This document shows, one piece after another, positions 1 to 11,829 of a stretch of 64,000 bases of DNA. Position numbers and translations under genes: made by a program. Each line of letters starts with the position of its first letter. Position 1 is the first letter of the stretch. Origin of the DNA: Vicugna vicugna (lineage: Eukaryota); NCBI GenBank assembly GCA_013265495.1, contig MU058451.1, forward strand, positions 2,847,305-2,911,304. Reading direction: 5' to 3'. The notes beneath the pieces are model-generated. The model searched no databases. It was not told where the DNA came from and was given only the letters and a program-made list of their open reading frames with translations.

Positions 1-300
1 ATGAGTTCTTAGTTCATATATCACCTCCTCTGTGATGTCTCCCCTGACCCAGTTCAGACTTAGGCATTCTCTTTTTTACAACTCTTTATCATTCATCTAT
101 TTAAATTTTACTTAAAAAAATACTGAGTTTCCATCAAATGCCAAGCAAACTGATCAGTGCAGCTTTTATGTTGAGTTATTTGTTTCATGTGTAGCTAGTA
201 AACCTTTGAGGGCTGGGCACTGGCTTTCTTGATGTGGTTTTCCTAGGATCTAGGTTAGCTCCCTGCATGTAGTACGTGCTCAATAAATACTGACTGTATA
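1..300 (+). mobile_element. L2 3'-end fragment(s)
   Basis: Ends in the typical L2 tail gtagtacgtgctcaataaatactgactg; highly diverged. Confidence 0.55.
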
Positions 301-3035
301 AATCAGGATAAAATGGTAGTATTTCCTAAACAGAAAATCAGGACAGACGGTCTGGCAAAGCATTCTTTTCTTATGAGTGGATGTATTTATATAGATTCTT
401 ATTTAAAAATTACTTTTCCCCCCTGTTGGTTACGTTGAAAACAACAAAAGGACATAGAAGAGGACAATTCCCCCAAAGAGGTGTACTCTCATCATGGAGT
501 CACTTTCTTTAGGTGGAATTGGGGCTCCCCTGGGACCTTGGGTTTCCACAGTTCATGAGAATTAGGCTTCTTCCTCACTAGCGCCCTGTTCCTTTAAGGT
601 CTGAAGTTCTGTCCTGGTCTGGAAGGAGTAGAGATGCTTTCTCCTGTGGCTTTCCGAGAATCCGCCTTTATGTTACAGCATTTTATCACAAGCCAGTTCT
701 GTAACAAGAAAGCATGTCTCTATCCTACTTCACCCTTTAATCCTTCTGTCCTTGAACTTGTTTTTTGACATGCAGGCTATTTCCAGATCTGCTTTCATCC
801 CAGGTTTGCTGTGGCACATGTACACTGGGCAGCCCTTTGAGGCAGAATGGCTGGAAATGAGCAGTGATGAGCTCTATTTATATTCCGAACCTCTCCGGCC
901 CCAGCCTCAGGACACAGAGCTAGAGCAAAATGGATCCTACCTGTGATCACTTTCAAGACACTATCTCATTCTTCTCTGTGGTCAAAGTCCCAGACTGAGG
1001 CCTGGGGGTGGTTTATTTCAACTGTGAGCTCTTGTGTTTCTGGAATGGAGGTGTGGCTGAAGCCGTCCCGCGGGGTAGAGAGTAGTATGCAAGGACCCAG
1101 AATTTTTTTTTTTCCCCAATAGAACTATCAGTATGGAAAGATACAGAACTTGGAAGTTGCTATTAATGTGGCATAACTAATTAGTGATTTAAAGAACTTT
1201 GAAAGCACAGGGAGTTCTATAACAAGATGATGTTTATAGTAAAAATGATCTTGGGCTGCGGAAATGTACTAGACATGCAGTTTATATAAGGAAAGAATGT
1301 CCTTCCCTCCCTGATACAGGCCTCTGCTGCTTTTAGAAAGTAGTTGGGCTTTCTTTGATGGGCAGGTGACCAGTTCATACACTATCCGTGATGCTGTAAT
1401 CAAGACCCAAAGTCTCTTCCTAACTGATTGCATCGAATCATAGTGTGCGCTCATCAGGGAGCTCACACCTCACAGACTAATGCGTTGACAGCTCAGTTGT
1501 TCCGGCTGAAAGTGAGTAGCTACGTCACGTGGTGACCTCTTCTTTTCCATAGTCACCACCGTCCGTTCATTTCAGACCAAGGTCTACTGACTTTGTCTCT
1601 GAGTTTAAAAGTGTCCCCATTTGGAAATTTTATTTCTATGCCATGATTACTATATCTTTATAAATTGAAAAATGTAAGTCATATGTAAATATATACGAAT
1701 ATATAAACTGTATACATACAATTTTTAAAAGTCTCTTCTGGGCTCACACATTCCTTCTGGGAAACTTACATCCTTTTATTCACGGGGTGGCAAACTCAGA
1801 TAAATGTCTCATATTGCCCTTTATTTATGGGAGCTGGAAAACTGCCCCGTGTGCCCTGCTGGTGGGGATCTCTGTCATGACACTGAGATCCTCCAACTCT
1901 TTTGAGAGGGTTGGGAGTCACAGGTGGAGTTCTGCCAAGTTCTTTCAGCCGCCTCCGACCTGAAATTTTAAGTGTTCTCTCTGAGCTACCACCTTGGAGC
2001 CAAGAGAGACGTTTCTACCGTGCAACATGGATTCCCAGCAGAGACCTGTGGGCAGGAGCTGCTGGGTCAATCAAAACTTACAACTGCTTCTTAGACTTAC
2101 AACCGCAAAGTCCACTTTACATGCACACATTTCCTAGCATTTTCAAATGCCTTTCAGCTTTCCACTAAGCCTCGAGTTGAAAGCAGCTGCTTAGTTTAAT
2201 ATGCAGATGCATTTATTAAAAACTTAATTCTATTTGGTCTCTATTAAGTGTCAGATTTGTGATTCGCTGCAGAGCCCTGTTCTGCAGGACTACACGAACT
2301 GGAAGGCATATTCTTCCTCCAGCGGTGGCATGGAGTCTTCAGTCACAGCGTGTGAGGAAGCAAAAATAAGCCCCTACAGTGAGAGCAATAATGCTGCCTG
2401 TAATACTGCAGAACCACCCTGCCCGGGGAAATGCAGCGACAACTTAATTGAACAATTGTTTCAGCAACTGGTGGAGTTTTACATTTTCGGAACAAGACCA
2501 TCAATTACCATAAAAACAGAACATCCTGTGTTTCTCACATTTGAAGCAATATATAGCAATTAGAGGATGGGCTCCATTGTGTGCAGAGCTCAAAGAAAGT
2601 GTGAAACCTGAATTCTGATGGACTCTATGGGAACTCAGCTCATTTCCTTGCAAGGATCCTCTTTGAGGTAATTGATCACTGCTTACAGGGCTGCTTTTCT
2701 GTGCCTTCAGAGAATTTGAGGAGATGCCTCTGAATTTATGCCCTCTTACCCAGTCCCCTTTACTCTACTTGCCGCTTTTATTTCTGGCTAGCCTCTGTGC
2801 TGTCCCACACGGAGACTGCTACTCAAAGCTATGGGCTCGAGATGCTGCGTGCAGAGCCGGTGTGATGTGGATGTGAGTGAGTAGATTATAGAGCAGGCGA
2901 TTCTCTGAGACCAACAGCGATGGAAATCTCAACGGCTTCTAAGTTACCTGGGAATGTCAGCGCTGTCACACCTGTAGCTGGCAGCTCAAATAACATTTAG
3001 CTCACAATTCACCAGTTAATTAAAGTATAAGTTAT

Positions 3036-3081
3036 ATGTACATAATTATTTAAGATGAAATGTACATAATTATTTAAGATG
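3036..3081. repeat. 22-bp perfect direct repeat with 24-bp period
   Basis: atgtacataattatttaagatg at 3036-3057 and 3060-3081. Confidence 0.9.
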
Positions 3082-3257
3082 CGCTGAGCGCATAACTAAC
3101 CTCAAAAAGAGCTCTGTTGAACTTGTCATGATGGATGGAGTTACGTTGGGCTGTTACAAGACAGCCAGATGTTTTGCTCTGTTACCATCATGGATGCCAA
3201 AATTGAATCTCACACAATGTTTCTGTTTCCATGTGTACCATCACCTTCATGCTCAAA

Positions 3258-3495
3258 TGATAGCCAACATTTATTGACTGTTTACTATACACTTGGCACT
3301 GGCTAAGTGTTTTACAAGTGTTCGTTTAGTACTATACCAAACCTGAGAGAGAGATACTGTTACTAACCTCATTTCACAGAAGCTGGGGCAGAGTGCTAAA
3401 TAACATTCCTGAAGCCAGGCAGTCGATCAGTAAGCAGGGATCTGAACCCAAGCTGCCAGCTCCAAGGGTTCCATACTCCACCACGAGAGCACAGC
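3258..3495 (-). mobile_element. MIR SINE
   Basis: aacatttattgactgtttactat...cctcatttcacagaagctggggcagag...gggatctgaacccaag is the MIR core pattern. Confidence 0.7.
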
Positions 3496-6006
3496 CACCC
3501 TCTAGCTGATAAGCATCCCTTTTGCTAACTTTGCCTGAAACTCTTTGCTCATGTTGTTCTGGCACTGAGCTAAAGATGCCGAGGTCATGGGGATAATCCT
3601 CCTGTGTGTCTGTCCTGCTTTTCCATAGCCGTTGAGTGCACTGTCAATGCTGGATGTCTGCTCACCCTGAGAGCCCGAGTGAGAGGGTGCGGGTGGTTTG
3701 AATGACTCCATCTCCATTATTGGAAAAGCAGCTCACATGATTTGCTCAATGAGAGGAGGGAGGGTCGACTTTATCTTTGTGTGGATCTCGTAATTCCCAA
3801 ATTGAGCAGTCAAGTGAGACCCCCTTAAGCTCAGTTCCTTCTGTGTCACAGGAAGAGGATGAACTCATAAAGGTACAATGTGAGATGAGACAGGCATGTG
3901 AGACAAATGGGTTTGGATGGAGAACACAGTGAGAGTGGATGTGGGGGCTAGTAAAATTCTAGGAATTCGAGTTTTAAGACATTACAATTTAAGACTCTTT
4001 TTCACCCCCTGTGCCAGTTCCAAATTGAGTGAAGGATGGAACTAAGAGAAAGGCAGATCCCGAGAGCCACCCTTGAATTAGACAGGCACCTTCACCAGCC
4101 ACTGGACCAGCAGGACAGGGCTGGCCTCACCTGCTACTTAGGCTCCTTGCCATGTCCCCAAGAGAGCAGCCCCAAGCACACTCATCTGCGGTCAGGCTGG
4201 CTCCGAATGAGAACCCAAAGTGGGTTGAGTGGAGCATGCCCAGTTCATTTCTCCAAACTCATCAGACACACTTCACTTCTTCTCCAGGGTATGGGCTGGG
4301 TGGGGTGGGTGAAGAGCACTGTTAGTGCAGTTGACGTCCTTCTCAGGGGGGGCCAAAAGGAGATGAGCTGTGGGAAACAAGGTCTTTGCTAACTCCAAGC
4401 CAAGTTTTATATAAATGTGGACATGTACAATCAAATAGGGATGTGATTATAGATACAATAAAATGCACGTGAATGAATGACTGAGGAACAAACATTGGGA
4501 GGCTGTCAGGGCAGCAAGGCTTTTTGATGTCCTCCCCGAGGAGGTCCAGAAGTGACCCTCAGTGTTACATAAAAAGTTATGACAATAGATAGGAAGATGC
4601 AATGGCCCAAAACTATTGCTTTGCTAGAGAAAAGTCATATCACTTTTTTCCCCTCCTTTCCAATTATTGAAAACTGTGGAGGTACAAGTGAAAGTTTTAA
4701 AAGTAAGACCACGTACCAAATGTCCAGTGGAGGACAGGCCATTAACAAAAAGATCCTGTGGTCCTAGATGGCCTGGCCTGGAGATAATGATCCAACTTAG
4801 ATCCCAAGGAAGATGCCCCAAGAAGATGTTTGAATTCTTCTGCCTTGTGTGTGAGGTAGAGGACAGATGCAGATTCGTTACCTGGGGTATTTGGGGTTCC
4901 CTTTGAAAATACTGAGTTTTTAACTGTAATTTCTAAATTCTTATTGCATTTATTTCCCAAAACTCTGTAGTAAGGTTGTCTGTAGATACTTTAAGTATCC
5001 CCAGGGGCACTGCAGAAGAGCTAGTGTTGAGAACTGACACATTGTCCAAAGCCAACCGTCTGGAGAATGCAGGTAAACTGACATCGACACAGCTCTTTAC
5101 AGCTCTGCTGTTCACATGTCATTTTGTTGATCACGCCGAGACACGCTTAGAACTGCTGTGGTGGCCTAACCTCTCTGTGCTTCAGCTTCCTGTTTGCAAA
5201 AATAAATGCTACAACTTTTTTTCCCCAAAGAGAAATACAAGCAATTATCTACGGGTGTCTGATGTTGCTTGGAAGAAGGGAAGTGCTTTAACAGGAGGCT
5301 TCCAAATGGTAGCATGTGAAAGACTTGGTTAGTTCTGAATGTTAATTTAAAAGCATTTGGCTTGAAACATTTCTTTTGGGGGTGGCTGTTTCTTTTTGGG
5401 AGTTGTATCTTGCTTATTTGCTGTACGTGTGACTTCTTACTCAGGCCCTCCTTTTAAGCCTCAGTGAAGGATACCAACAATTATCTTCCTCCTCCTCATC
5501 TTTCAGACAATGTCCTTATCCCCCTGCCCCTAGAAGCATATATGACAAAGTGCTTAGCAGTTACTCTAGTGAGCTATGCTGGTCCTTACTCCTTTGCACT
5601 ATCAAGAGTGTTTCTTAGAGGGAGACTGTTTACAATTTCATCTCTTGCTTCTGGTTTGGATTTGTGGGCATAGTAATGTGCATCATCCCCTAATCCCCCT
5701 TCCCTCTAGGGGGGTCCCATGCAGCCATCCAGCCTAGGCTGAGACTCTGGTCAGTGCCTGGAGCTCTCCAGTAAGAGACCAGGCATTAGTTACACTGGCC
5801 CGTAGGTTTGTGCAAATAATATGTTCTTAGTCTCTTTTTTTTTTTGCATTTTTTTATTGAGTAATAGTCATTTTACAATGTTGTGTCAAATTCTAGTGTA
5901 GAGCACAATTTTTCAGTTATACATGAACATATATGTATTCATTGTCACTTCTTTTTTGCACTATGAGCTACCACAAGATCTTGTATATATTTCCTGGTGC
6001 TATTCC

Positions 6007-6089
6007 CTGGAGAATGCAGGTAAACTGAAATTGACACAGCTGTTTACAGCTATGCTGTTCACATTGCCATTTTGTTGATCACACCGAGA
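6007..6089 (+). repeat. 83-bp direct copy of 5060-5141 inserted in the L1 3'UTR
   Basis: ctggagaatgcaggtaaactga...ttttgttgatcac(g/a)ccgaga occurs at both sites, with 6 substitutions and 1 indel. Confidence 0.95.
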
Positions 6090-6208
6090 TGGTATAATCT
6101 TGTTTATCTATTCTGCATTTTAAAATCCCAGCCTGTCCCTTCCCACCCCCTGCCCCCTTGGCAACCACAAGTTTGTATTCTACGTCTGAGTCTGTTTCTG
6201 TTTTGTAT

Positions 6209-6605
6209 TTATGTTTTGGTTTGTTTTTTTTTTTTTAGATACCTCATATGAGCAATCTCATGGTATTTTTCTTTCTCTTCCTGGCTTACTTCACTTAGAA
6301 TGACATTCTCCGGGAGCATCCATGTTGCTGCAAATGGCGTTATGTTGTCGGGTTTTTTGGCTGAATAGTTTTCCATTGTATAAATATACCACATCTTCTT
6401 TATCCAGTCATCTGTTGATGGACATTTAGGCTGTTTCCATGTCTTGGCTATTGTAAATAGTGCTGCTATATGAACATTGGGGTGCAGGTGTCATTTTGAA
6501 GTAGGGTTCCTTCTGGATATATGCCTAGGAGTGGGATTCCTGGGTCATATGGTAAGTCTATTCCTAGTCTTTTGAGGAATCTCCATACTGTTTTCCACAG
6601 TGGCT
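6209..6605 (-). pseudogene. LINE-1 ORF2p extreme C-terminal remnant
   Basis: Translates to PLWKTVWRFLKRLGIDLPYDPGIPLLGIYP...IAKTWKQPKCPSTDDWIKKMWYIYTMENYSA...PFAATWMLPENVILSEVSQ, the conserved end of ORF2p. No endonuclease or RT domain is present. Confidence 0.9.
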
Positions 6606-6746
6606 TTCCTTGCTTCCCTCTCCCACTCTTAATGATTTAGATGTCTTCTTTTACGATTTTGTGTTTATTCTTTTTGTAATTCATGGCAGTTATCTCCTTT
6701 TCAGTTACGAGTTTCTCATTTTTGTAGCATCCTGCTTCTTTTCTAT

Positions 6747-7655
6747 TTAGAGTAGACCTGTCAATATTTCTTTTAGCATGGGTTTAGTGTTGCTAAACTC
6801 TTTGTTTTTGCTTGTCTGTGAAGTTCTTTATCTCTCCTCCTATTCTAAAAGATAGCCTTGCTGGATAGAGTATCCTAGGCTGTATCTTTTTTTTCATTCA
6901 GGACTTTGAATATATCTTGCCAACTCCCTTCTGGCCTGTAGTGTTTGTGTAGAGAAATCAGCTGAGAGCCTTATGGGGGTTCCCTTATAACTCACTCTTT
7001 GTTGTTCTCTTGCTGCCTTTAGGATCATTTCTTTATCTTTGATTCTGGCCATCTTGATTATATGTCTTGGTATGGGTCTGTTTGGGTTCTTCCTGTTTGG
7101 GACCCTCTGAGCCTTTTGTACTTGGATATCTGATTCCTTCTTTAGGTTTGGGAAGTTTTCAGTCATGATTTCTTCAAATACCTTTTCAGTCCCCTTTGTT
7201 CTTTCTTCCCCTTCTGGAACTCCTATTATGCATAGATTGGCACGCTTTATATTATCCCATAGGTCCCTTATATTGTTTTCATTGATTTTTATTTGTTTTT
7301 CTCTCAGCTGTTCTGATTGGGTGCTTTCTGTTGTCCTGTCTTCTAGGTCATTTATTCGTTCCTCTGCGTGATCTAGCTGCTTTGTACAGCCTTTACTGCT
7401 TTGCACAGCCTTTAGGTCAGCTCTCATCTCAGCAAACGAGTTTACTAATTCTACTTGGTTCTTCTTTATAGCTTCTATTTCATTTTTGACATATTTTGTA
7501 TCTCTAAACACTATTTCTTTTAGTTCCTTCAGTACTTTGATCACTCCTTTTTTGAAATCTTGATCTAGTCGGCCATCAGTGTGTATTTCCTTGATCGTGC
7601 TTTCAGGGGATTTCTCTTGATCTTTTAATTGGGAGTGGTTCCTCTGCTTCTTCAT
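6747..7655 (-). pseudogene. LINE-1 ORF1p (coiled coil, RRM, CTD), frameshifted near the C-terminus
   Basis: MKKQRNHSQLKDQEKSPE...DLWDNIKRANLCIIGVPEGEE...PIRLSADFSTQTLQARRE is typical L1 ORF1p. After a frameshift at about 6921 it continues WQDIFKVLNEKKIQPRILYPARLSFRI; a second shift at about 6805 leads to KEFSNTKPMLKEILTGLL-stop (TAA at 6747-6749). Likely start ATG at 7653-7655. Confidence 0.92.
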
Positions 7656-9003
7656 GTTGCTGATATCTCTCTGGCACTGTGGCTTAAGGAGCATCAGTTA
7701 CCTAGTTCTCCTGGGGACAGCGTGCTCTTAATTATTTTATTGAGAGGTCTTAGTGTCTTCGCCCTGTTTCGCGAACTCAGCTTGCTGTTTCCAGAGGCCC
7801 TCTGTTGGTGCCCTTGTTTGTGTTGCTCCCCGTGGCTGTTGGCTAGCAGATTGTGCTCCCTCCCAACATTGGGTCAGGTGCTGAGCTCTTACCCAGTGGG
7901 CAGGCAGGTCACTCCCCCTCCTGATGCTGCAGTCAGATGCTGCACTCAGGTGAGGCAGGTGGGCATATTGTGCTCCCTCCCAGCACTATGGTCAGGTGCT
8001 GCATTCCTGCCAGGAAGGCAGGTGGCCACCGCCCTCTCCTGGCACAGGTCGCTCCGCTGCTCTGTGCCGCTGCCTGCTCCTTCTCGGGTCGGTGCTCCGA
8101 AGGCGGGCTCGGGGAAAACCGTGGATCGGCCCCGCCTCTGCTCTGTGCCAAATCTCAGCTCCTTGTTTGTCTTGGTGGCAGGAGTTCTCTGAGGTGCCAG
8201 GACAGAAAGACCCTATCTGCCTCAGGCTGTAAACAAGTCTCAGTCCTGCCTAAGAAATTGTGGAGCCCTCGGTGCGGATTCAGGTCTCGGCCTCACCCCC
8301 GCCCGGGCGCTGCACACAGGAGGAGATGGTGGCTGTGGCTGAGCCCTGCCCCTCTTCTCAAGAGAAGCGCCAGTAATGGCAGTGTGGGTCTGAGGAGACA
8401 AAGGCTACGGTGCCCCTCCCCCCAGGGCACACCAGCCGTGTTGCTTTGCTTTTTTTGCAATTTATGGGGGACCGAGGTGGTTCTACTCCGTATCCCCTCC
8501 CAGCCACAGCGTGCAGCCCCTTGCAGTCCCCGGGACTGCCTCAGTGCAGCCTCCCCAGTCCTCCTCCCAGCTTGGGCGGCCCATCCCGGCCCCCAGCTGC
8601 CAGCTGACGTCTCGGGCTGGGTGTCGTGGCACCCTTTGTGCCCGTTTAACTCAGTTCTGTTGGTCACGGGGTGCTCGGGGCAGATCTGAGCCTCGGAGGC
8701 TCCCTCTCCGTCCCACTGGCCTCTCCGTTGGAGGTGGGAGACCCAGCGAGCGAGCGCCAGTCCTCCTTTGCCGCTCCCTCCGGGCGAGACCAGTCCCACG
8801 CTGTTTTGCTTTTTCTTGTTTCTTTTTTCCTTTATTCCTACTAGATTTTTGGTGTCTTTGTCTTTTGAAGAGGGCGATGTTCTGTCAAAGTTCAGCAGGT
8901 GCTCTGGTTGGCTGAGTAGGTCTGTAGATGGGAGTTTTGGTGTATTTGTGGGAGAGGGTGAGCTACAAGCATCTTTCTACTCTGCCATCTTGCTTGTCTC
9001 TCC
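7656..9003 (-). promoter_or_regulatory. L1 5'UTR internal Pol II promoter, CpG-rich, with YY1 site
   Basis: GC/CpG-rich; AAGATGGC (plus strand gccatctt, 8984-8991) lies about 12 nt from the 5' end; degenerate tandem units at about 7840-8050. Confidence 0.8.
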
Positions 9004-9339
9004 TCTTAGTCTCATTTTGATGATTAATAATAATAGTAATAAAAAGATTTGTTGGGTTTATGAAACATTTTTCCTTATGTTATTTCATTAGATCCTCTCA
9101 GTGACTCTAGGAGATATTTATAATTTTGGGGGTGCATTGGAGAAAATAATTGAGATTTAAAGAAATTAAACATCCCAAACCATATAAGCCAGTGAGTAAG
9201 GAAACCAGGACTGGAATTCAGGTTTTCTGATTCCAAATCCTTCCTTCTTTCTATGAAAATCACCCTCTCCCTTGCCAGGATAATTTGAAGTAATTGAAAG
9301 TTTTAGGTTATGTTCAGTTTCTGGGAATGGATAATGGAT

Positions 9340-9570
9340 ATGTTTTGAGCACATACCATGCGCCTAGCAGTGTGTGCTTGACCTGGATTATTTCGTGGAG
9401 TCCCCACACCCACTCTGTGAGTTATGCACCATCACCATCCCCGTCTTTCAGATGAGGAGGTAAATAACTTGGCCATAGTCACAAGGCTCGTAAGTGCAGA
9501 GTGGGGATTTGGACCTGGGTCTTGAGTGCCAAAGATCAAGCTCTTAACTCCAGCATTATGTTGCCTCCCT
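9340..9570 (-). mobile_element. MIR SINE
   Basis: ccccgtctttcagatgaggagg...taacttggccatagtcacaaggctcgtaagtgcagagtggggatttggacctggg. Confidence 0.75.
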
Positions 9571-10410
9571 GAGGTCTGGTTTAATCTTGATGACATTGAG
9601 AGTGGCCTCTGAAGCCAGTAAGTGAGAAATTAGAGGGCCGAGTCCCATAGGTGCCTGGAAAACACAGTAATGGATCCTTGAAGGACAGGCAGGGCTCTCT
9701 CGCACCACATGTAACCTGATCTGCTGATGCAGGAAAGTATGTGATGTGCTGTCCTGAGGTGAAGCCCAGGGGTTTGGAAAGACTTCTGGCTTTTACTGTT
9801 GGTCCCTTTAAAGGCAGTTAGAAGACAGAAGGACTGCTTAGGAAATTATAAACTCATGCACTGAGTTTAGAATGTCCAAGATCAAACTGCTGTGTCTGAA
9901 AGGAGACATAATGTAATTCAGCCCCTCTGATCAGCTCGCTCTTCTCATGCAGTTGTCATGCTAGAAAAAAATGACACAGTATTTTTTCTTTTTTCTAGGA
10001 TTACAGTATTATCATGGGTTATGTCTTGTGTATGTGTGATTTTTCAAAAGTGAAGTGGTTTCTTCTCCTCCAAATTTAGTCTCATTATGATAGCAACCAA
10101 GAGCTCTAGCAGTAAGATATTTTCTTTCTGTCTCTTCCCAGGGACATTGCTTTGGGAAAATTTCTAGGGAGCCCTGATTACAGTGCACCTGGGGAAAGAG
10201 ATGATTTGCTGTTTTGTTCACCAACTTGAAAATATTGAGAAAGTGCAAATTCCACTGGTAGTCTGGCCTCTGCCCTTGTGAGTTCCTGACATTAGTGTAT
10301 CGTGATGCACCTGTTTGATCAAAATTGCTGCTGCAGTGAGGTGTTGGGGTGTCGTAGAATGTGGGAGAAGCATTTGGTTTAGAATATTATGTGTACAAAT
10401 TTCTGTATAG

Positions 10411-10540
10411 AGGGTAACTATATGATTTATTGTGCAAGCCAGGATGCATTTGAGAGTAAAAGAGGGCACCATGCCTAGTTGTACCAGGACAACAGCCTAG
10501 ATTACGACTGTCCCAGAGAAATGGGACATATGTTCACCCA
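10411..10540. mobile_element. hAT-Blackjack-type MITE (MER81/MER94-like)
   Basis: Imperfect terminal inverted repeats agggtaactatatg ... catatgttcaccc, with internal gtccca/gggaca motifs. Confidence 0.55.
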
Positions 10541-10784
10541 GCTTTTCTGAGTCATGCTTTGCAAGGAAGAGATTTCTATAAGCTTCATGCCATGTGTTGT
10601 CAGTGATTCTCCTCCCACCTGCTTTCTTTTTCCCCAGATGAGCCACACAGTTATCTAGGGATCATCTAGACACAGAAATACCACTCACTGTTTTACTAAC
10701 CTGACATCCTCGCAAAGCTGTCCTGGCTTTTACTTCTTTGACACACAATACGGCGCTACCTTCGGAGCCAGAGCCCCTGGGCAG

Positions 10785-11110
10785 CACGCAGCACTGGCTC
10801 TGGGAAGTCAGAAGTCACGGGCTCACCCCTGACACTGTGCCTTTCCAAATGTGCAAGCTTAGAGAATTTACTTTTCTTCTCTGAACCTCAGTGTTCCAAT
10901 CTGTGGTATGGGAATAATAACACCTATTCCAGTTTATCTTTTGGGTTTGTTACAAGGGTTAAGGAGCAGAAGGGCAAGATAAACAGTTTCACGTTATACA
11001 AATGTTGGTTATTCGTTAAGTATTGCTTTGACTATTAACTAGCTGGGGAATTGGGCAAGTTATTTCACCTCTCTGAACCTGCCCCCCCCTTAATCTGTAG
11101 AAAGAGAAAG
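10785..11110 (+). mobile_element. Two MIR fragments
   Basis: ctctgaacctcagtgttccaatctgtggtatgggaataataac and ttgggcaagttatttcacctctctgaacct. Confidence 0.65.
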
Positions 11111-11829
11111 AGGGGAATTGTATCTGCTCCTCCAAGGACTAGTGCAATATATAGAACACCTAAATAAGCATGAATTAGTATCTCTTCAAATTGGGCTGTT
11201 CCTGGAACTTTGTAACTAGGTGATAAATGACTTCTTTTTTCTCAGCACGGTTGTCAAGGCACTGAGCTCTTGCTGTCTTAAATGTCCCCACATCAGGCAA
11301 AGGAACCCCAGTAAGCCTTGAGGACCGCTTCATCGGTTCCAAGGCAGGGGTGCAGATGATGACTGGTGCAGAAGATGGAGTGACAGGAGGATTCAGGGGA
11401 CAAGCTCAGGAGTGGCAGACTGTGAGCCTGCCAAGAAGCAGCACAGGGAGCGCCTTCCCTCACACTGCTAAAAATACTGCCGGGAAAGTAATTTCTCTGG
11501 TCCTATTTTAGAAATCAGAGACAGATCTACCATATTCATGTTTGGATCCTGGTCAGGCTTCTGGTTTGAGTTTTAAATTTCAAGATTTTTTTTTTCCTGG
11601 GGAGAATTAAAACTGTAGTCTGAGAATTAAAATTTGAAAATCCCATTAAAGAAGATACATGTTGGGCATTATTTATGTAATTACTAGTGATTTTTAAGAA
11701 GGGCTTTGTTGCAAATAATCACGATGTCTTAGTGACAAAACCCTTTCAGGTGTGACTTGCCCACGTACTGTCAGTGATTATATAGATATATAATTTCTTT
11801 TACTTAAGATAGATTTATGAAAGGATATT

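Larger units (their letters stand above)
5835..9003 (-). mobile_element. Young LINE-1 derivative with full 5'UTR and ORF1 but internal loss of almost all ORF2 (non-autonomous, about 3.2 kb)
   Basis: Poly-T at 5835-5845 is the poly(A) tail; 3'UTR about 5850-6240; ORF2 C-terminus about 6210-6605; inter-ORF spacer about 6606-6746; ORF1 6747-7655; GC/CpG-rich 5'UTR 7656-9003 starting GGAGAGACAAGCAAGATGGC. TSD tcttagtctc at 5825-5834 and 9004-9013. Confidence 0.93.

Noticed and set aside
4400..4910. Possible processed pseudogene or LTR
   Set aside because: No recognisable protein in any frame, and no poly(A), TSD or LTR termini that I could support.
6894..7694. Intact or domesticated ORF1 gene (L1TD1-like)
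   Set aside because: Two frameshifts disrupt the C-terminal domain, and it lies inside a TSD-flanked retrotransposon.
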